In this document: one piece after another, positions 10,383 through 19,310 of the stretch
How positions within the stretch are numbered: the first letter of the stretch is position 1
Layout: the number at the start of each line of letters is the position of its first letter
Assembly (NCBI GenBank): GCA_964465385.1
Contig: CAYXIM010000002.1
Span: 1 to 48,284 of the forward strand
Length of the DNA: 48,284 nt
Direction of reading: 5' to 3'
Origin: an uncultured Oscillospiraceae bacterium
GTDB taxonomy: Bacteria; Bacillota; Clostridia; Saccharofermentanales; UBA5734
The notes under the pieces: generated by a model
What the model saw: the letters and a program-made list of their open reading frames with translations, nothing else
Told to the model about the DNA's origin: nothing
The model's database searches: none
Program-made: the position numbers and the translations under genes

Positions 10383-10778
10383 TTAGGCCAGCCGGTCCTT
10401 GAGCACAGCGCCAACCGCTTCAATGACTTGCAGGAAATAGTCCTGGCCGCCGGTCACTGCTTTGCCGATCCCACCTTCTTTGGCCGCAGACATGGCCTGC
10501 TGGGTTGCCTTGATGTCAATGTTCATGCCGCCGACACCCACCTTGGTGCTGCTTTGCATCTTTCTGACAGTCACGGTGTTTTCCTTGGCCTTGATGAAGG
10601 GCTTGACGTTCATAAACACATCAAAGGAAATCGATGCACCAAACAACCCTTTTTTCAACTTGAATTTTCCCGGGAAAGCTTCCTGGTTTTGAACCATCAG
10701 GTCATGAAGCTCCTCCAGCGTGATTGGTTCGCTCAGCTGAAACTTTTCAGATGTTTTCGACAGTTCTTTCAGACTCAT
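10383..10778 (-). CDS. hypothetical soluble protein, 131 aa, no family recognised
   Basis: AGGAGGAAGGGT RBS immediately before the ATG at 10778 (internal Met of ORF 10383..10886). Has its own promoter and terminator. Confidence 0.7.
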   Translation of the reverse strand: MSLKELSKTSEKFQLSEPITLEELHDLMVQNQEAFPGKFKLKKGLFGASISFDVFMNVKPFIKAKENTVTVRKMQSSTKVGVGGMNIDIKATQQAMSAAKEGGIGKAVTGGQDYFLQVIEAVGAVLKDRLA

Positions 10779-10897
10779 ACCCTTCCTCCTGTTTCCTTTT
10801 TGTGTTGGCCTGTCCCGCAACCCCGACCACCCCTGATGCGTCGCTGGATAAGCCAACCTGATCTGGGCCAAGGTCGTTTGGCACACATCTTAATGCT

Positions 10898-10926
10898 ATT
10901 CTATCGGCACCTATCACAATATTCAA
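10898..10926 (-). promoter_or_regulatory. candidate sigma-A promoter for the 131-aa gene
   Basis: Minus strand TTGAAT (10921-10926), 17-nt spacer, TAGAAT (10898-10903). Confidence 0.6.
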
Positions 10927-10953
10927 GAATAACCGTTCACGCCAGGCCTTCAT

Positions 10954-11997
10954 TCAAGGCCATTCGGTCAACAATTTAAACGTATAACCCGCTTCCCTGG
11001 CCTGGTCGACAAAAGCCTCAAGCACAGCCACGTTGGTGCTGGAAACAGCATGAAGCAACAGGATAGACCCCGGGTGCAGCTGCGACAGGATTTTTTCCAA
11101 GGCTTCGCCCTGGTCCGGCTGCTCATCCGTTAACCAGTCCCGGTAGGCAAAGCTCCAGAAGACAGCCTGATAGCCTGACTGTTGGAACAAAGTTAACAGC
11201 CGTTGGCTGTAACTGCCTTCAGGGGGGCGGATGTACCGGTTCATGGGCTGTCCCGTCAAGGCCTGGAAGCGTTGCTCAACCGCTTCCAGTTCGGCCAGGA
11301 CAGCAGCCGGGCCATGCGCTTCCAGCAGCCGGGGTAAATTGGGGTGGGTCTGGGTGTGGTTGGCCACCAGGTGCCCGTCTGAAACCATGCGTTGCACCAG
11401 TTGCGGGTTGCGGTCAATGTAGGAGCCCGTCACAAAGAAGGTGATCGGCAGGGCCTTGCGTTGTGCGATATCCAGAATCCGGCTTGTCAGATCCTGATAC
11501 TCATAGCCTTCATCCATGGTCAGGTAAAGGGGTTTGCCTGACGGGTTCTCTTCTTGCCACAGGGAGCCGGTCTGCCGCATCAGGCTGTTGACAGCATCAG
11601 GCACGGTTGCCGGCCGCTGTGAACCCGCTGGCGTGGCCGGCACATAGTACCAGCCCGTTGGCTGGTTATCCAGGTCATCAAGCGCGGGGCTTGCAGGGGT
11701 CGCTTGCGGGGTTGGCACAGGCGTCACTGTGGCCTGGGGGGTGGGGGTCGCTTGCGGCGCCACCGTGGCTTGCGGGCTGGCGGTCGGCTGTGGTGTGGCT
11801 GTTGGCGTAAAGGAGGAGCTGCTTGCTGTGGCCGCGTCTTCAGTCTCTGTCTGGACCGTCTGGCTGCTTGTCGGCAGCGGGGAGGTCGGGTTCTGAAGCG
11901 TGCAGGCGGTCAGGCTGATCACCAACAGCAGCAACAGGCCTTGGTGAAGGCCCCGGCGGCTGGCTGAGGCCAGCTTCTTGTGGTGTGTCTTGTTCAT
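10954..11997 (-). CDS. pdaA: polysaccharide deacetylase family lipoprotein, PdaA-like (delta-lactam-biosynthetic de-N-acetylase family)
   Basis: Signal peptide with lipobox LTAC and a Pro/Thr/Gln-rich linker. Catalytic region YLTMDEGYEY...FFVTGSYIDRNPQLVQRMVSDGHLVANHTQTHP...IRPPEGSYS...LLLHAV aligns with B. subtilis PdaA as I recall it. Confidence 0.8.
   Translation of the reverse strand: MNKTHHKKLASASRRGLHQGLLLLLVISLTACTLQNPTSPLPTSSQTVQTETEDAATASSSSFTPTATPQPTASPQATVAPQATPTPQATVTPVPTPQATPASPALDDLDNQPTGWYYVPATPAGSQRPATVPDAVNSLMRQTGSLWQEENPSGKPLYLTMDEGYEYQDLTSRILDIAQRKALPITFFVTGSYIDRNPQLVQRMVSDGHLVANHTQTHPNLPRLLEAHGPAAVLAELEAVEQRFQALTGQPMNRYIRPPEGSYSQRLLTLFQQSGYQAVFWSFAYRDWLTDEQPDQGEALEKILSQLHPGSILLLHAVSSTNVAVLEAFVDQAREAGYTFKLLTEWP
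11686..11808 (-). repeat. imperfect tandem repeats encoding the PQAT/TPxP linker of the deacetylase
   Basis: Protein residues 64-104 read TPTATPQPTASPQATVAPQATPTPQATVTPVPTPQATPASP; the DNA shows reiterated GCTTGCGG/GGTGGC blocks. Confidence 0.7.
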
Positions 11998-12904
11998 CTT
12001 TTTTCACCTGCTTCGACGCCTCGAGCAGGCCTTTGATGTCGGCCTGGCTGAAGCGATAGTGGCGGCCGCAAAAATGGCAAGTCAATTCAATGCCGTCCGG
12101 GTCGTTTGCCAGCTCAGCCAGCTCAACACGGCCCAGGGCAAGCAAGTTGGCAGCCATGCGTTCCCGCTGGCAAGGGCAGTGATACGCACAGGGGCGCGCT
12201 GCCAGGATCTGCACGTCATCACCCAACAGCTGCTGGAGCATGTCTTCCGGGCCCAGGCCCGCTTCGAGCATGCGGGTGCTCTCTGGCAGCTTTGCCACCT
12301 GTTCTTCCAGCCAGGCCACAGTCTGCTCCTGGGCATCCGGCATCAGCTGCACCATGAAGCCGCCTGCCTGGATCACCCCGTCTGCTGACAGGCGGACACC
12401 CAGGCTGATAACCGAAGGGATTTGCTCGGAATAAGCCAGATAGGCCGCCAGGTCTTCGGCAATCTCACCGGAGACCAACTCCACCTGGCCCACATAAGGT
12501 TCTTTCAGGCCCAGATCCCGGATCACCGTCAGGGTGCCCCGGCCCACAGCCGCACCAACATCAAGTTTGCCCTGACCCAGGTAGCGGGATGCAACAACGG
12601 GTGCTTGGACCAGGCCACGCACCCGGGCCTGGCCGTCAGCAACAACCGTCAAGCCCCCCAGCGGCCCGTCTGCCCGGATGAGGACCGTCAAGCTGTCATC
12701 TGGCCGGTCCAGGTCTTCGGCCAGCAAGAGGGCCCCGCTCATCAACCGGCCCAAGGCTGCCGCGGCAACAGGCGACAGGTCGTGGCGAACCACCGCCTCC
12801 TGGCATAGCCGGGTGGTCTGGCAGGCAAAGGCCCGGATGGTGTGGTTGCGGGCTGTTGCCCTGACGATCCGGTCGTCAGCTGCGTTCGTTTGATCTTGTG
12901 TCAT
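11840..12904 (-). CDS. hslO: Hsp33 family redox-regulated chaperonin, with a low-complexity C-terminal tail of about 50 aa
   Basis: RATARNHTIRAFACQTT...; C-terminal zinc centre CPCQRERM...CHFCGRHYRF. The ATG at 12904 overlaps the methyltransferase stop (ATGA). Confidence 0.9.
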   Translation of the reverse strand: MTQDQTNAADDRIVRATARNHTIRAFACQTTRLCQEAVVRHDLSPVAAAALGRLMSGALLLAEDLDRPDDSLTVLIRADGPLGGLTVVADGQARVRGLVQAPVVASRYLGQGKLDVGAAVGRGTLTVIRDLGLKEPYVGQVELVSGEIAEDLAAYLAYSEQIPSVISLGVRLSADGVIQAGGFMVQLMPDAQEQTVAWLEEQVAKLPESTRMLEAGLGPEDMLQQLLGDDVQILAARPCAYHCPCQRERMAANLLALGRVELAELANDPDGIELTCHFCGRHYRFSQADIKGLLEASKQVKKDEQDTPQEAGLSQPPGPSPRPVAAVGDQPDRLHASEPDLPAADKQPDGPDRD

Positions 12905-13704
12905 CGTGCACCTGCTTCTGGCGGTTTGATCGGTCCTTTTTTAAACAGGCAAAAGGTCCGTTCCCGGTGGGGCCTCGGCGGGGAAAGCCCCTCAAAGGCC
13001 GAGCTGCCAATGGTTTGAAAACCCGCGTCACGCGCCCAGCTAGCCACGGCTTCCGGGTCATGGTAACGCTCCTGGATGCGGTCGTCAAAGCGGCGGTACC
13101 GCTTGTTTTCGTCTTTTAAAAAGAGGGTAGTGCGGGCCTGGTTCATTTGCGTGGCCGCCTCATAATCGTTTTGCCACAGCAGGGTGTAATCCGCCTGGTC
13201 CTCAACAAAGAGCCGTTTGCCCAAGGTCTGCTGCAGGTGCTGGTGCGTCAGCAGGTCCAGCACCAGCAGACAACCCGGGTTCAAATAATGGTGGCAGAGC
13301 TGCAGCATCTGCCGGACCGCTTCTTCGGTCAAGAGGTGGTTGACGGTATCCATGAGGCAGACAGCCAGGTCCACCGTGCCATAAAGTTCAAATGCGGTGA
13401 TATCCTGATGCAGGAACAGACAGGCCGCCTGGCCTTGGTCTGTTTGCGCTCGGGCTTTTTCCTGTGCCTGGGCCAGCATGTCTGCAGACCGGTCCAGGCC
13501 GATGGGGTCGTAGCCCCGACGGGCCATTTCCAGACAAAACCCCCCGGTGCCACAGCCCAGATCAAGCAGGATGGGCCGACCTTGCGACCCATCACCACCG
13601 CTGCGATCAGACCAGGCTGCATCCAGAGCCTGGATGAAATCAGCCCAAAGCGGCCAGGCTTGCCGTTGGTGGCGGTCATAGATGTGTGCCAGCCCCTGAT
13701 ACAT
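12901..13704 (-). CDS. class I SAM-dependent methyltransferase
   Basis: Motif I ILLDLGCGTGGFCLEMARRGYDPIGLDRSADML. Confidence 0.85.
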   Translation of the reverse strand: MYQGLAHIYDRHQRQAWPLWADFIQALDAAWSDRSGGDGSQGRPILLDLGCGTGGFCLEMARRGYDPIGLDRSADMLAQAQEKARAQTDQGQAACLFLHQDITAFELYGTVDLAVCLMDTVNHLLTEEAVRQMLQLCHHYLNPGCLLVLDLLTHQHLQQTLGKRLFVEDQADYTLLWQNDYEAATQMNQARTTLFLKDENKRYRRFDDRIQERYHDPEAVASWARDAGFQTIGSSAFEGLSPPRPHRERTFCLFKKGPIKPPEAGAR

Positions 13705-13707
13705 GGC

Positions 13708-15039
13708 TCAGGGCAACTGATCCAGCCAGTCAAGGGCTGCGCTGAGCTGGGTGTCCTGCTCCCGTGTCAGGCGGTTGAGCGACAAGGTTCTGATGTCTTC
13801 GGGCAAAGACACCGGCAGGTCCGGCGCCAGGCCCACCCCTTCAAGGCTGTCTCCCTTGGGCAAAATATACAAAAAGTTGGTCAGGTTGATGGCCGAGCCG
13901 TCGTCCAGGGGAATGGTGACGGTGCCGCTGCCCTTGCCAAAGGTTTGCTCCCCCACCAGGACCGCTTTGCCGTGGTCTCTCAAACAACCGGCAAAAAGTT
14001 CCGAGGCACTGGCGCTGAAGCTGTTGACCAAAATGGCATAGCGCATATCTTCAGAAACCCCCATGCGGGGGTCGGAGGTCCAGGACAGCTCGTAAGGCTG
14101 GCCTTTTTCCCGGCCGCGCACCGTTGCCAGCGTGGCCTGGGGCAGAAGGTAGTCCAGCATGTCCACCACCTCATGGGCCATGCCACCAGCGTTGTTGCGT
14201 AAATCCACCACCAGGTGCCGGGCCCCCTGCGCCTGCAGCTCATCGACAGCAGCGGTAAAGTGCTTGGAGACCTGTTGGGAAAACTCGCGCACCTGCACAT
14301 ATCCGATGCCTGGCTCCAGCATGCGGTGGGCCACCGAAGCCGAGGTGATGGCCCGGCGTGCCACCGTGATCGGCACCCGGTCGTTGATGGACGGCCGGAA
14401 CAAGACCAGGTCAACGGTGGTTCCTTCTGGCCCGCGAACCAGGGCCGCCACCGCTGTGATGTCCCGAAAACCGGTGACATCCTGGCCATCCACTTCGACG
14501 AAGACGTCTCCGATCATGATCTGCGCCTCTTCCGCGGGGCTTTTCTCGATGACTTCCGTGACTTCGACCAGGCCATCCTTGTTGAGGGCGACAAAAGCGC
14601 CAATGCCGCTGTACTGGCCGCTCATGGATTCTTCGATCTGCTCGTTTTCTTCGGCTGTCAGGTAAAAGGTGTAGGGGCTGTCCAGTTCATTGACCAGCCC
14701 GCGCAACATGGCTTCAATCAACTCGGCATCAGTGAGGGCCTTGTAATACCGGTCCTGGACAAAGCCGTAAACTGACTGAAGTTTTCCCAGGGCGGCCTGC
14801 GTCTGCGGATCTGGCTGGAAACTGAAGGTCAGCCGGTCCGTCTCCTGGACCGAAAGGTCAGGTCCTCGGGCCTGGATCCACAATAAAAAGCCGCCAGCGG
14901 TCAGGGAAAACGTCAAGATCACCGTGATTAACACAGTGACCAGGCGAGAAACAGCCACGCTGTTGGGCCGTTTGTTTGCCTGACCGGCAGTGTCCGCTTC
15001 GGGTCTCGTTTCGTTCATCATGGGTAACCTGTCTTTCAT
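13708..15039 (-). CDS. S41 family C-terminal processing peptidase (CtpA/CtpB-like), membrane anchored
   Basis: N-terminal TM segment, PDZ region (IMIGDVFVEVDG), and S41 motifs LVVDLRNNAGG and ILVNSFSASASELFAG. Exact start is uncertain. Confidence 0.88.
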   Translation of the reverse strand: MKDRLPMMNETRPEADTAGQANKRPNSVAVSRLVTVLITVILTFSLTAGGFLLWIQARGPDLSVQETDRLTFSFQPDPQTQAALGKLQSVYGFVQDRYYKALTDAELIEAMLRGLVNELDSPYTFYLTAEENEQIEESMSGQYSGIGAFVALNKDGLVEVTEVIEKSPAEEAQIMIGDVFVEVDGQDVTGFRDITAVAALVRGPEGTTVDLVLFRPSINDRVPITVARRAITSASVAHRMLEPGIGYVQVREFSQQVSKHFTAAVDELQAQGARHLVVDLRNNAGGMAHEVVDMLDYLLPQATLATVRGREKGQPYELSWTSDPRMGVSEDMRYAILVNSFSASASELFAGCLRDHGKAVLVGEQTFGKGSGTVTIPLDDGSAINLTNFLYILPKGDSLEGVGLAPDLPVSLPEDIRTLSLNRLTREQDTQLSAALDWLDQLP

Positions 15040-15047
15040 GTGCCTGC

Positions 15048-16406
15048 TTATTGGATATAGGGCAAGGGGTTGGTTGTCTGGCCGTTGATCCGCACTTCAA
15101 AATGCAGATGAGGCCCGGTTGCAGCGCCAGTTGCCCCGCAGGTGCCGATCCGGTCTCCCCCGGATACGGCCTGGCCCACCGATACGTCAGCCGTCTTCAG
15201 GTGCCCATAGAGGGTGGACAAGCCATCTGCGTGTGCCACCACCACATAATTGCCGTAGCCGCTGCCCCCCCGGTTGGCCCCTGGATAGGGCGTGGCCACC
15301 AGAATGACCACACCATCTGCGGCAGCGATGATGGGCGCGCCATAAGCGCCGCCCAGGTCCACACCGGTGTGCATGCGGTTGACGCGGTAAATGGGGTGAA
15401 AGCGCATGCCATAGGCCGAATAAACCCGGCGGTCGCCCGGATAGGGCCAAAACCACCCGGATGTGTTGGGTTGGTTGCCGGCCGGCGGCGGCGGCTGCGT
15501 GACCTGGCTTTCCTGCCCGGCTTGCTGGGCTGCCCGCGTGGCTTCAGCGGCCCGGCTGGCTTCAGCTGCCCGGCTGGCCTCAGCCGCACGCGCTGCCTGA
15601 GCGGCCTGGGTGGCCGCGGCCGCCAGCTCGGCTTCCAGTTTTTTCTGCAAGGCGGCGATCTGGGCACCGACCGTTTCTGATTCTTGGACCAGCGCCTCTT
15701 CCTGCAGTTCATATTCGGTCATTTGGAAGGTCACGGCCTGCAAGTCTGTGGCTTTAAGCGCGGCGTCTGCCTCCAGCCGGGCCAGATCGGCCTCAATTTG
15801 CACAACCGCATCAGCCATGGCGTCAGCGTCCTGGCGGGCCAGGTCGCGCTTGATCAGGGCATCGTCCTTGGCAGCCCCCAGGTCTTCGAGCATTTGTTCA
15901 TCCGCATCGGCGACAATCTGCATAAATTGCAGGGTGGTGAAAAAGCCCTGCAGGCTCCGGGATTCCAGGAAAACATCAAAGACCGACCGGTTGCGGTGGT
16001 CAAACATGACACGGACCCGCTGGGCATACTGGGCCTCTTTTTCAGCCAGGGTTTCTTCAGCTTCAAGGTAGGCGGCATAGGAGGCCTCCAACTTGCTGAT
16101 GGCCGCTTCCAGCTGTTTGGTTTTTTCAGTGTAGAGGGTGCGCTGCTCTTCGCTGCGCTCATTGAGCCAGGCCAGTTCACCGGTCAGGACGTCGGCTTCC
16201 TGAGCCAGTTGGGCGGTTTTCTGGTTGAGCTCGGTTTTGGCAGCCAGCAGGTCTTGTTGCTTTTGCCGCGCCGCTTCCAATTCCTGGCTGGTCGACTGGG
16301 CCGCAAGGCCGCCTGACCCCAGAAAAAAAGAAGCCAGCAAAACCACCAGCAGCACAAGGGCCTTGCCGGTGCGTTTGTTGAGCTGTCGTTGCCATGCAGG
16401 TGTCAC
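15048..16406 (-). CDS. M23 family metallopeptidase with a long N-terminal coiled coil (EnvC/PcsB-like architecture)
   Basis: HTGVDLGG...GHLHFEVRINGQ LytM-type motifs. The GTG at 16404-16406 is preceded by an AAAGGAGGGG RBS right after the ftsX stop. The ORF 5' extension to 16559 overlaps ftsX and is discounted. Confidence 0.88.
   Translation of the reverse strand: MTPAWQRQLNKRTGKALVLLVVLLASFFLGSGGLAAQSTSQELEAARQKQQDLLAAKTELNQKTAQLAQEADVLTGELAWLNERSEEQRTLYTEKTKQLEAAISKLEASYAAYLEAEETLAEKEAQYAQRVRVMFDHRNRSVFDVFLESRSLQGFFTTLQFMQIVADADEQMLEDLGAAKDDALIKRDLARQDADAMADAVVQIEADLARLEADAALKATDLQAVTFQMTEYELQEEALVQESETVGAQIAALQKKLEAELAAAATQAAQAARAAEASRAAEASRAAEATRAAQQAGQESQVTQPPPPAGNQPNTSGWFWPYPGDRRVYSAYGMRFHPIYRVNRMHTGVDLGGAYGAPIIAAADGVVILVATPYPGANRGGSGYGNYVVVAHADGLSTLYGHLKTADVSVGQAVSGGDRIGTCGATGAATGPHLHFEVRINGQTTNPLPYIQ
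15540..15593 (-). repeat. 3 x 18-nt tandem repeat inside the M23 gene (encodes AAEASR x3)
   Basis: GGCTTCAGCGGCCCGGCT / GGCTTCAGCTGCCCGGCT / GGCCTCAGCCGCACGCGC, read on the plus strand. Confidence 0.8.
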
Positions 16407-16419
16407 CGATACCCCTCCT

Positions 16420-17310
16420 TTAAACCGAAATATGCCGTCTGACCGAAATCGCACTGCCCAGGGCACCCACGCCAATACCCAGCAGAAGCTTGATCCACAG
16501 CAGCCGCCGGGCCAAGGCCTGCGGCTCCACCATGGCCAGCACATCGCTGGGCTTGACACCGGCCATCAGGGCGCTGTAAAGGTGTTCGTAGGCAAACCAG
16601 ATCAAGAGCCAGGCAAGCAAAGCACCCACCAGGCCAACCAGGGCCCCTTCCAGGATATAGGGCACCCGGATGTACCAGTTGGTTGCTCCCACGTACTTCA
16701 TGATGCCGATTTCTTCACCGCGTGAGAACACAGCCACGCGGACCATGTTGGAAATGATGAAAAAAGAAATAATGCCCAAAACCACAAAGGCAATGGCCGA
16801 TGCGTAGTGCACCCACACAATGGCCTGGCTGAGAAAGCGCATGACCACCTGCTCCAAGGTGACACGCCGGACACCCGGCAGGCCCGAAACCCTGGCCTGA
16901 AACGCCTCACCCAGTTCAGGGTCCTTGAGGCGGACCAGAAACGTGTACGGGATGTTTTCCACCGGGAAGTCGTCAAAGAGCTCTTCGGCTTCCAGGTTTT
17001 TCTTAAAGTGGTCGAAATTTTCCTCCGGGGTGTAGAGCGTCGCTTCCACCACGCTCTCATCCGCATCAAGGCTGGCCCGGACCGCTTCAAGCTCCTGAAC
17101 AGGCACATTGAGCTCCATGGTGATCTCAATGGGCGGCTGCTGGCCGGCCCGCTCAATGATTTGTTCCGCGTTGATGGAAAAGGTCATGAAGGCCCCCAGC
17201 AGGACCAGCATCAAGGCAATGGTGGTCACCGAGGCGATGGTGACCACCGGGTGGCGCAGGATGCTCAGGAAACTTTCTTTCAGGGAGTGCCCCAGCGATG
17301 ACAGCTTCAT
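16420..17310 (-). CDS. ftsX: cell division permease-like protein FtsX
   Basis: Four-TM FtsX architecture with a large first extracellular loop; overlaps the ftsE stop by 4 nt. Confidence 0.92.
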   Translation of the reverse strand: MKLSSLGHSLKESFLSILRHPVVTIASVTTIALMLVLLGAFMTFSINAEQIIERAGQQPPIEITMELNVPVQELEAVRASLDADESVVEATLYTPEENFDHFKKNLEAEELFDDFPVENIPYTFLVRLKDPELGEAFQARVSGLPGVRRVTLEQVVMRFLSQAIVWVHYASAIAFVVLGIISFFIISNMVRVAVFSRGEEIGIMKYVGATNWYIRVPYILEGALVGLVGALLAWLLIWFAYEHLYSALMAGVKPSDVLAMVEPQALARRLLWIKLLLGIGVGALGSAISVRRHISV

Positions 17311-18080
17311 GGTGCCACCTCGCTGGCAGCCGGTTTCTTGCGCAGGCTCCCCTGTGGTTTACCTGCTTTGGCAGGCTTAGGCGGTTCTTGCGTCAGGCAT
17401 TCGCCCGTGTACCCGCCCACACTGTCGTCTCGGACCAGACAGCCCCCGTCGATTTCAATGACCCGCTTTTTCATGCGGTCAACCAGCTCACGGTCATGGG
17501 TGCAGATAATGACCGTCGTGCCCATGTGGTTGATCTCCTCCAGCAGGGCCATCAGGGCCTCGCTGTTGGCCGGGTCCAGGTTGCCGGTTGGCTCATCAGC
17601 CAGGATCAGCATGGGGTTGTTGACCATGGCCCGGGCGATGGCCACCCGTTGCTGTTCACCGCCTGACAGCTGGCCAGGCCGGGCATCAGCCTTGTCCCGC
17701 AGGTTGACGATACTTAAGACAATCGGCACCCGCCTGCGGATCAAGCGCCTGGAGGCACCCACAATTTCCATGGCAAACGCCACATTTTCATAAACCGTTT
17801 TGCTTTCGATCAGACGAAAGTCCTGAAAAACCATGCCGATGTTGCGGCGCAGGTAGGGAATCAAAGACCGGCGGATGCTGGCCACATCATAATCATCGAT
17901 CAAGACCTGTCCTTCAGAAGGTATTTCTTCACAGGTCAACAGTTTGATCAGGGTGGATTTCCCGGCACCGCTGCGGCCGATGATGAAAACAAATTCCCCG
18001 TCCTGAATGGTGAAGCTGACATCCTTCAGGGCGTTGGTTCCTGTCCGGTATGTCTTGGACACGTTGACAAACTCAATCAA
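17307..18080 (-). CDS. ftsE: cell division ATP-binding protein FtsE (with a Pro/Lys-rich C-terminal tail of about 30 aa)
   Basis: MIEFVNVSKTYRTGTNALKDVSFTIQDGEFVFIIGRSGAGKSTL, LSGGEQQRVAIARA. TTG start at 18080 with a GGAGG RBS. Confidence 0.93.
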   Translation of the reverse strand: MIEFVNVSKTYRTGTNALKDVSFTIQDGEFVFIIGRSGAGKSTLIKLLTCEEIPSEGQVLIDDYDVASIRRSLIPYLRRNIGMVFQDFRLIESKTVYENVAFAMEIVGASRRLIRRRVPIVLSIVNLRDKADARPGQLSGGEQQRVAIARAMVNNPMLILADEPTGNLDPANSEALMALLEEINHMGTTVIICTHDRELVDRMKKRVIEIDGGCLVRDDSVGGYTGECLTQEPPKPAKAGKPQGSLRKKPAASEVAP

Positions 18081-18104
18081 AACAGATCCTCCGGAAGCAC
18101 CGGC

Positions 18105-19229
18105 CTACTGGTTTTGCCACCAACGGCCTCCAGATGATTTGGCAGATGCTTTTTCCTGTTTTTCTAAATATTTGCGCACCATGGACGCCAGCTTGAACAA
18201 GACGGCATCATCAAAGTTGCGCAAATCCAGTCCGGTGATTTTCTGGACTTTGTCCAGGCGATAAACCAGGGTGTTGCGGTGAACGAACAATTGTCTGGAT
18301 GTTTCGCTGCCGTTGAGGTTGTTCTCAAAGAATTTTTGAATGGTCAGCAAGGTCTCACTGTCCAGCGCCTCGTAGGCACCTGACGGAAACACTTCATCCA
18401 GGAACATGTGACACAGGGTGGGCGGCAGCTGATAGATCAGGCGCCCCAGACCTAAGCGGTCATAGCGCATGACATACCGTTCGCTTTCAAAAATGGCACC
18501 CACCGTCAAGGCCAGAGACGCTTCCCGGTAAGACTTGGCCGCATCTTTCAGGTTGTCGACCGGCATGCCGATGCCGATGTGGATGGTGGCCATGGATTCC
18601 GCATTGAGGTTGTCCAGAATCTGATGGGCCATCTCATTGATCAACTTGGGCTGGTCGCGCGGGATTTCAGCCAGCAGCACAATGGTCTCCTCATCCATGG
18701 GCAGGATGTGGTTGTTGCGCTGATCCGGAAACATGTTTTCTAAAATTTCAATGCAATCCAGCTCTTCTGCTTTTTCAAAGCGAATCAAAAAGGCCAGGCG
18801 GGTCAGTGAATAGGGGATTTTAAACTCCCGGGCCTTGAGGGGTATGTCCCCCGGCAGTTCATTTTCCAGCAGGACGTTTTTTAAAAAAGACTCGCGTTCC
18901 ACTTCGGAGTTGCGTTCCTTGAGGGCGGCACCGATCCAGCGCACCAAGAGGTCCAGGTAGTTGCGGGCCACCACATCCGTGCCATCCACAAAGCAAATCA
19001 CAGTCTTGCGTTCTGTCACCGGCAGTTTCATGTAGGTTCGCCCGTAGGTCACAGCCGTTGTTTCTTCTGACAACATGACCGCCCGCGCAGAAGAATCTTC
19101 GCTTCCTTCTAATTCTTCATTGGTGCTGGCCAAAATGATCCCATCCGGATCCAGTACCCCGGCAGTTCTGTCCAAAAAACGAGCTGCTTCCCGGATACAC
19201 TTCTTAATCTCTTCCATGTTTTTCAGCAC
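18105..19229 (-). CDS. CdaR/PucR family transcriptional regulator
   Basis: C-terminal PucR-type HTH RQLFVHRNTLVYRLDKVQKITGLDLRNFDDAVLFKLA. Its stop lies only 24 nt upstream of the ftsE start. Confidence 0.85.
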   Translation of the reverse strand: MLKNMEEIKKCIREAARFLDRTAGVLDPDGIILASTNEELEGSEDSSARAVMLSEETTAVTYGRTYMKLPVTERKTVICFVDGTDVVARNYLDLLVRWIGAALKERNSEVERESFLKNVLLENELPGDIPLKAREFKIPYSLTRLAFLIRFEKAEELDCIEILENMFPDQRNNHILPMDEETIVLLAEIPRDQPKLINEMAHQILDNLNAESMATIHIGIGMPVDNLKDAAKSYREASLALTVGAIFESERYVMRYDRLGLGRLIYQLPPTLCHMFLDEVFPSGAYEALDSETLLTIQKFFENNLNGSETSRQLFVHRNTLVYRLDKVQKITGLDLRNFDDAVLFKLASMVRKYLEKQEKASAKSSGGRWWQNQ

Positions 19230-19281
19230 CTTTCACACCTGGCAGATCCGCTGGCTCGCAACATATGGTAATCTACATCAT

Positions 19282-19310
19282 ATCTTATCCTGTTCGGGCA
19301 CAGGTTTCAA
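19282..19310 (-). promoter_or_regulatory. candidate sigma-A promoter of the CdaR-family gene
   Basis: Minus strand TTGAAA (19305-19310), 17-nt spacer containing the hairpin CCTGTgcccgaACAGG, then TAAGAT (19282-19287). Confidence 0.55.

Noticed and set aside
10820-10880. Hairpin GCCAAacgaccTTGGC with an ACGA-containing loop in the leader of the 131-aa gene, briefly considered as a mini-ykkC (guanidine-II)-like element.
   Set aside because: The loop is 6 nt rather than an ACGR tetraloop, there is no second matching hairpin, and the downstream gene is not a guanidine exporter or carboxylase.
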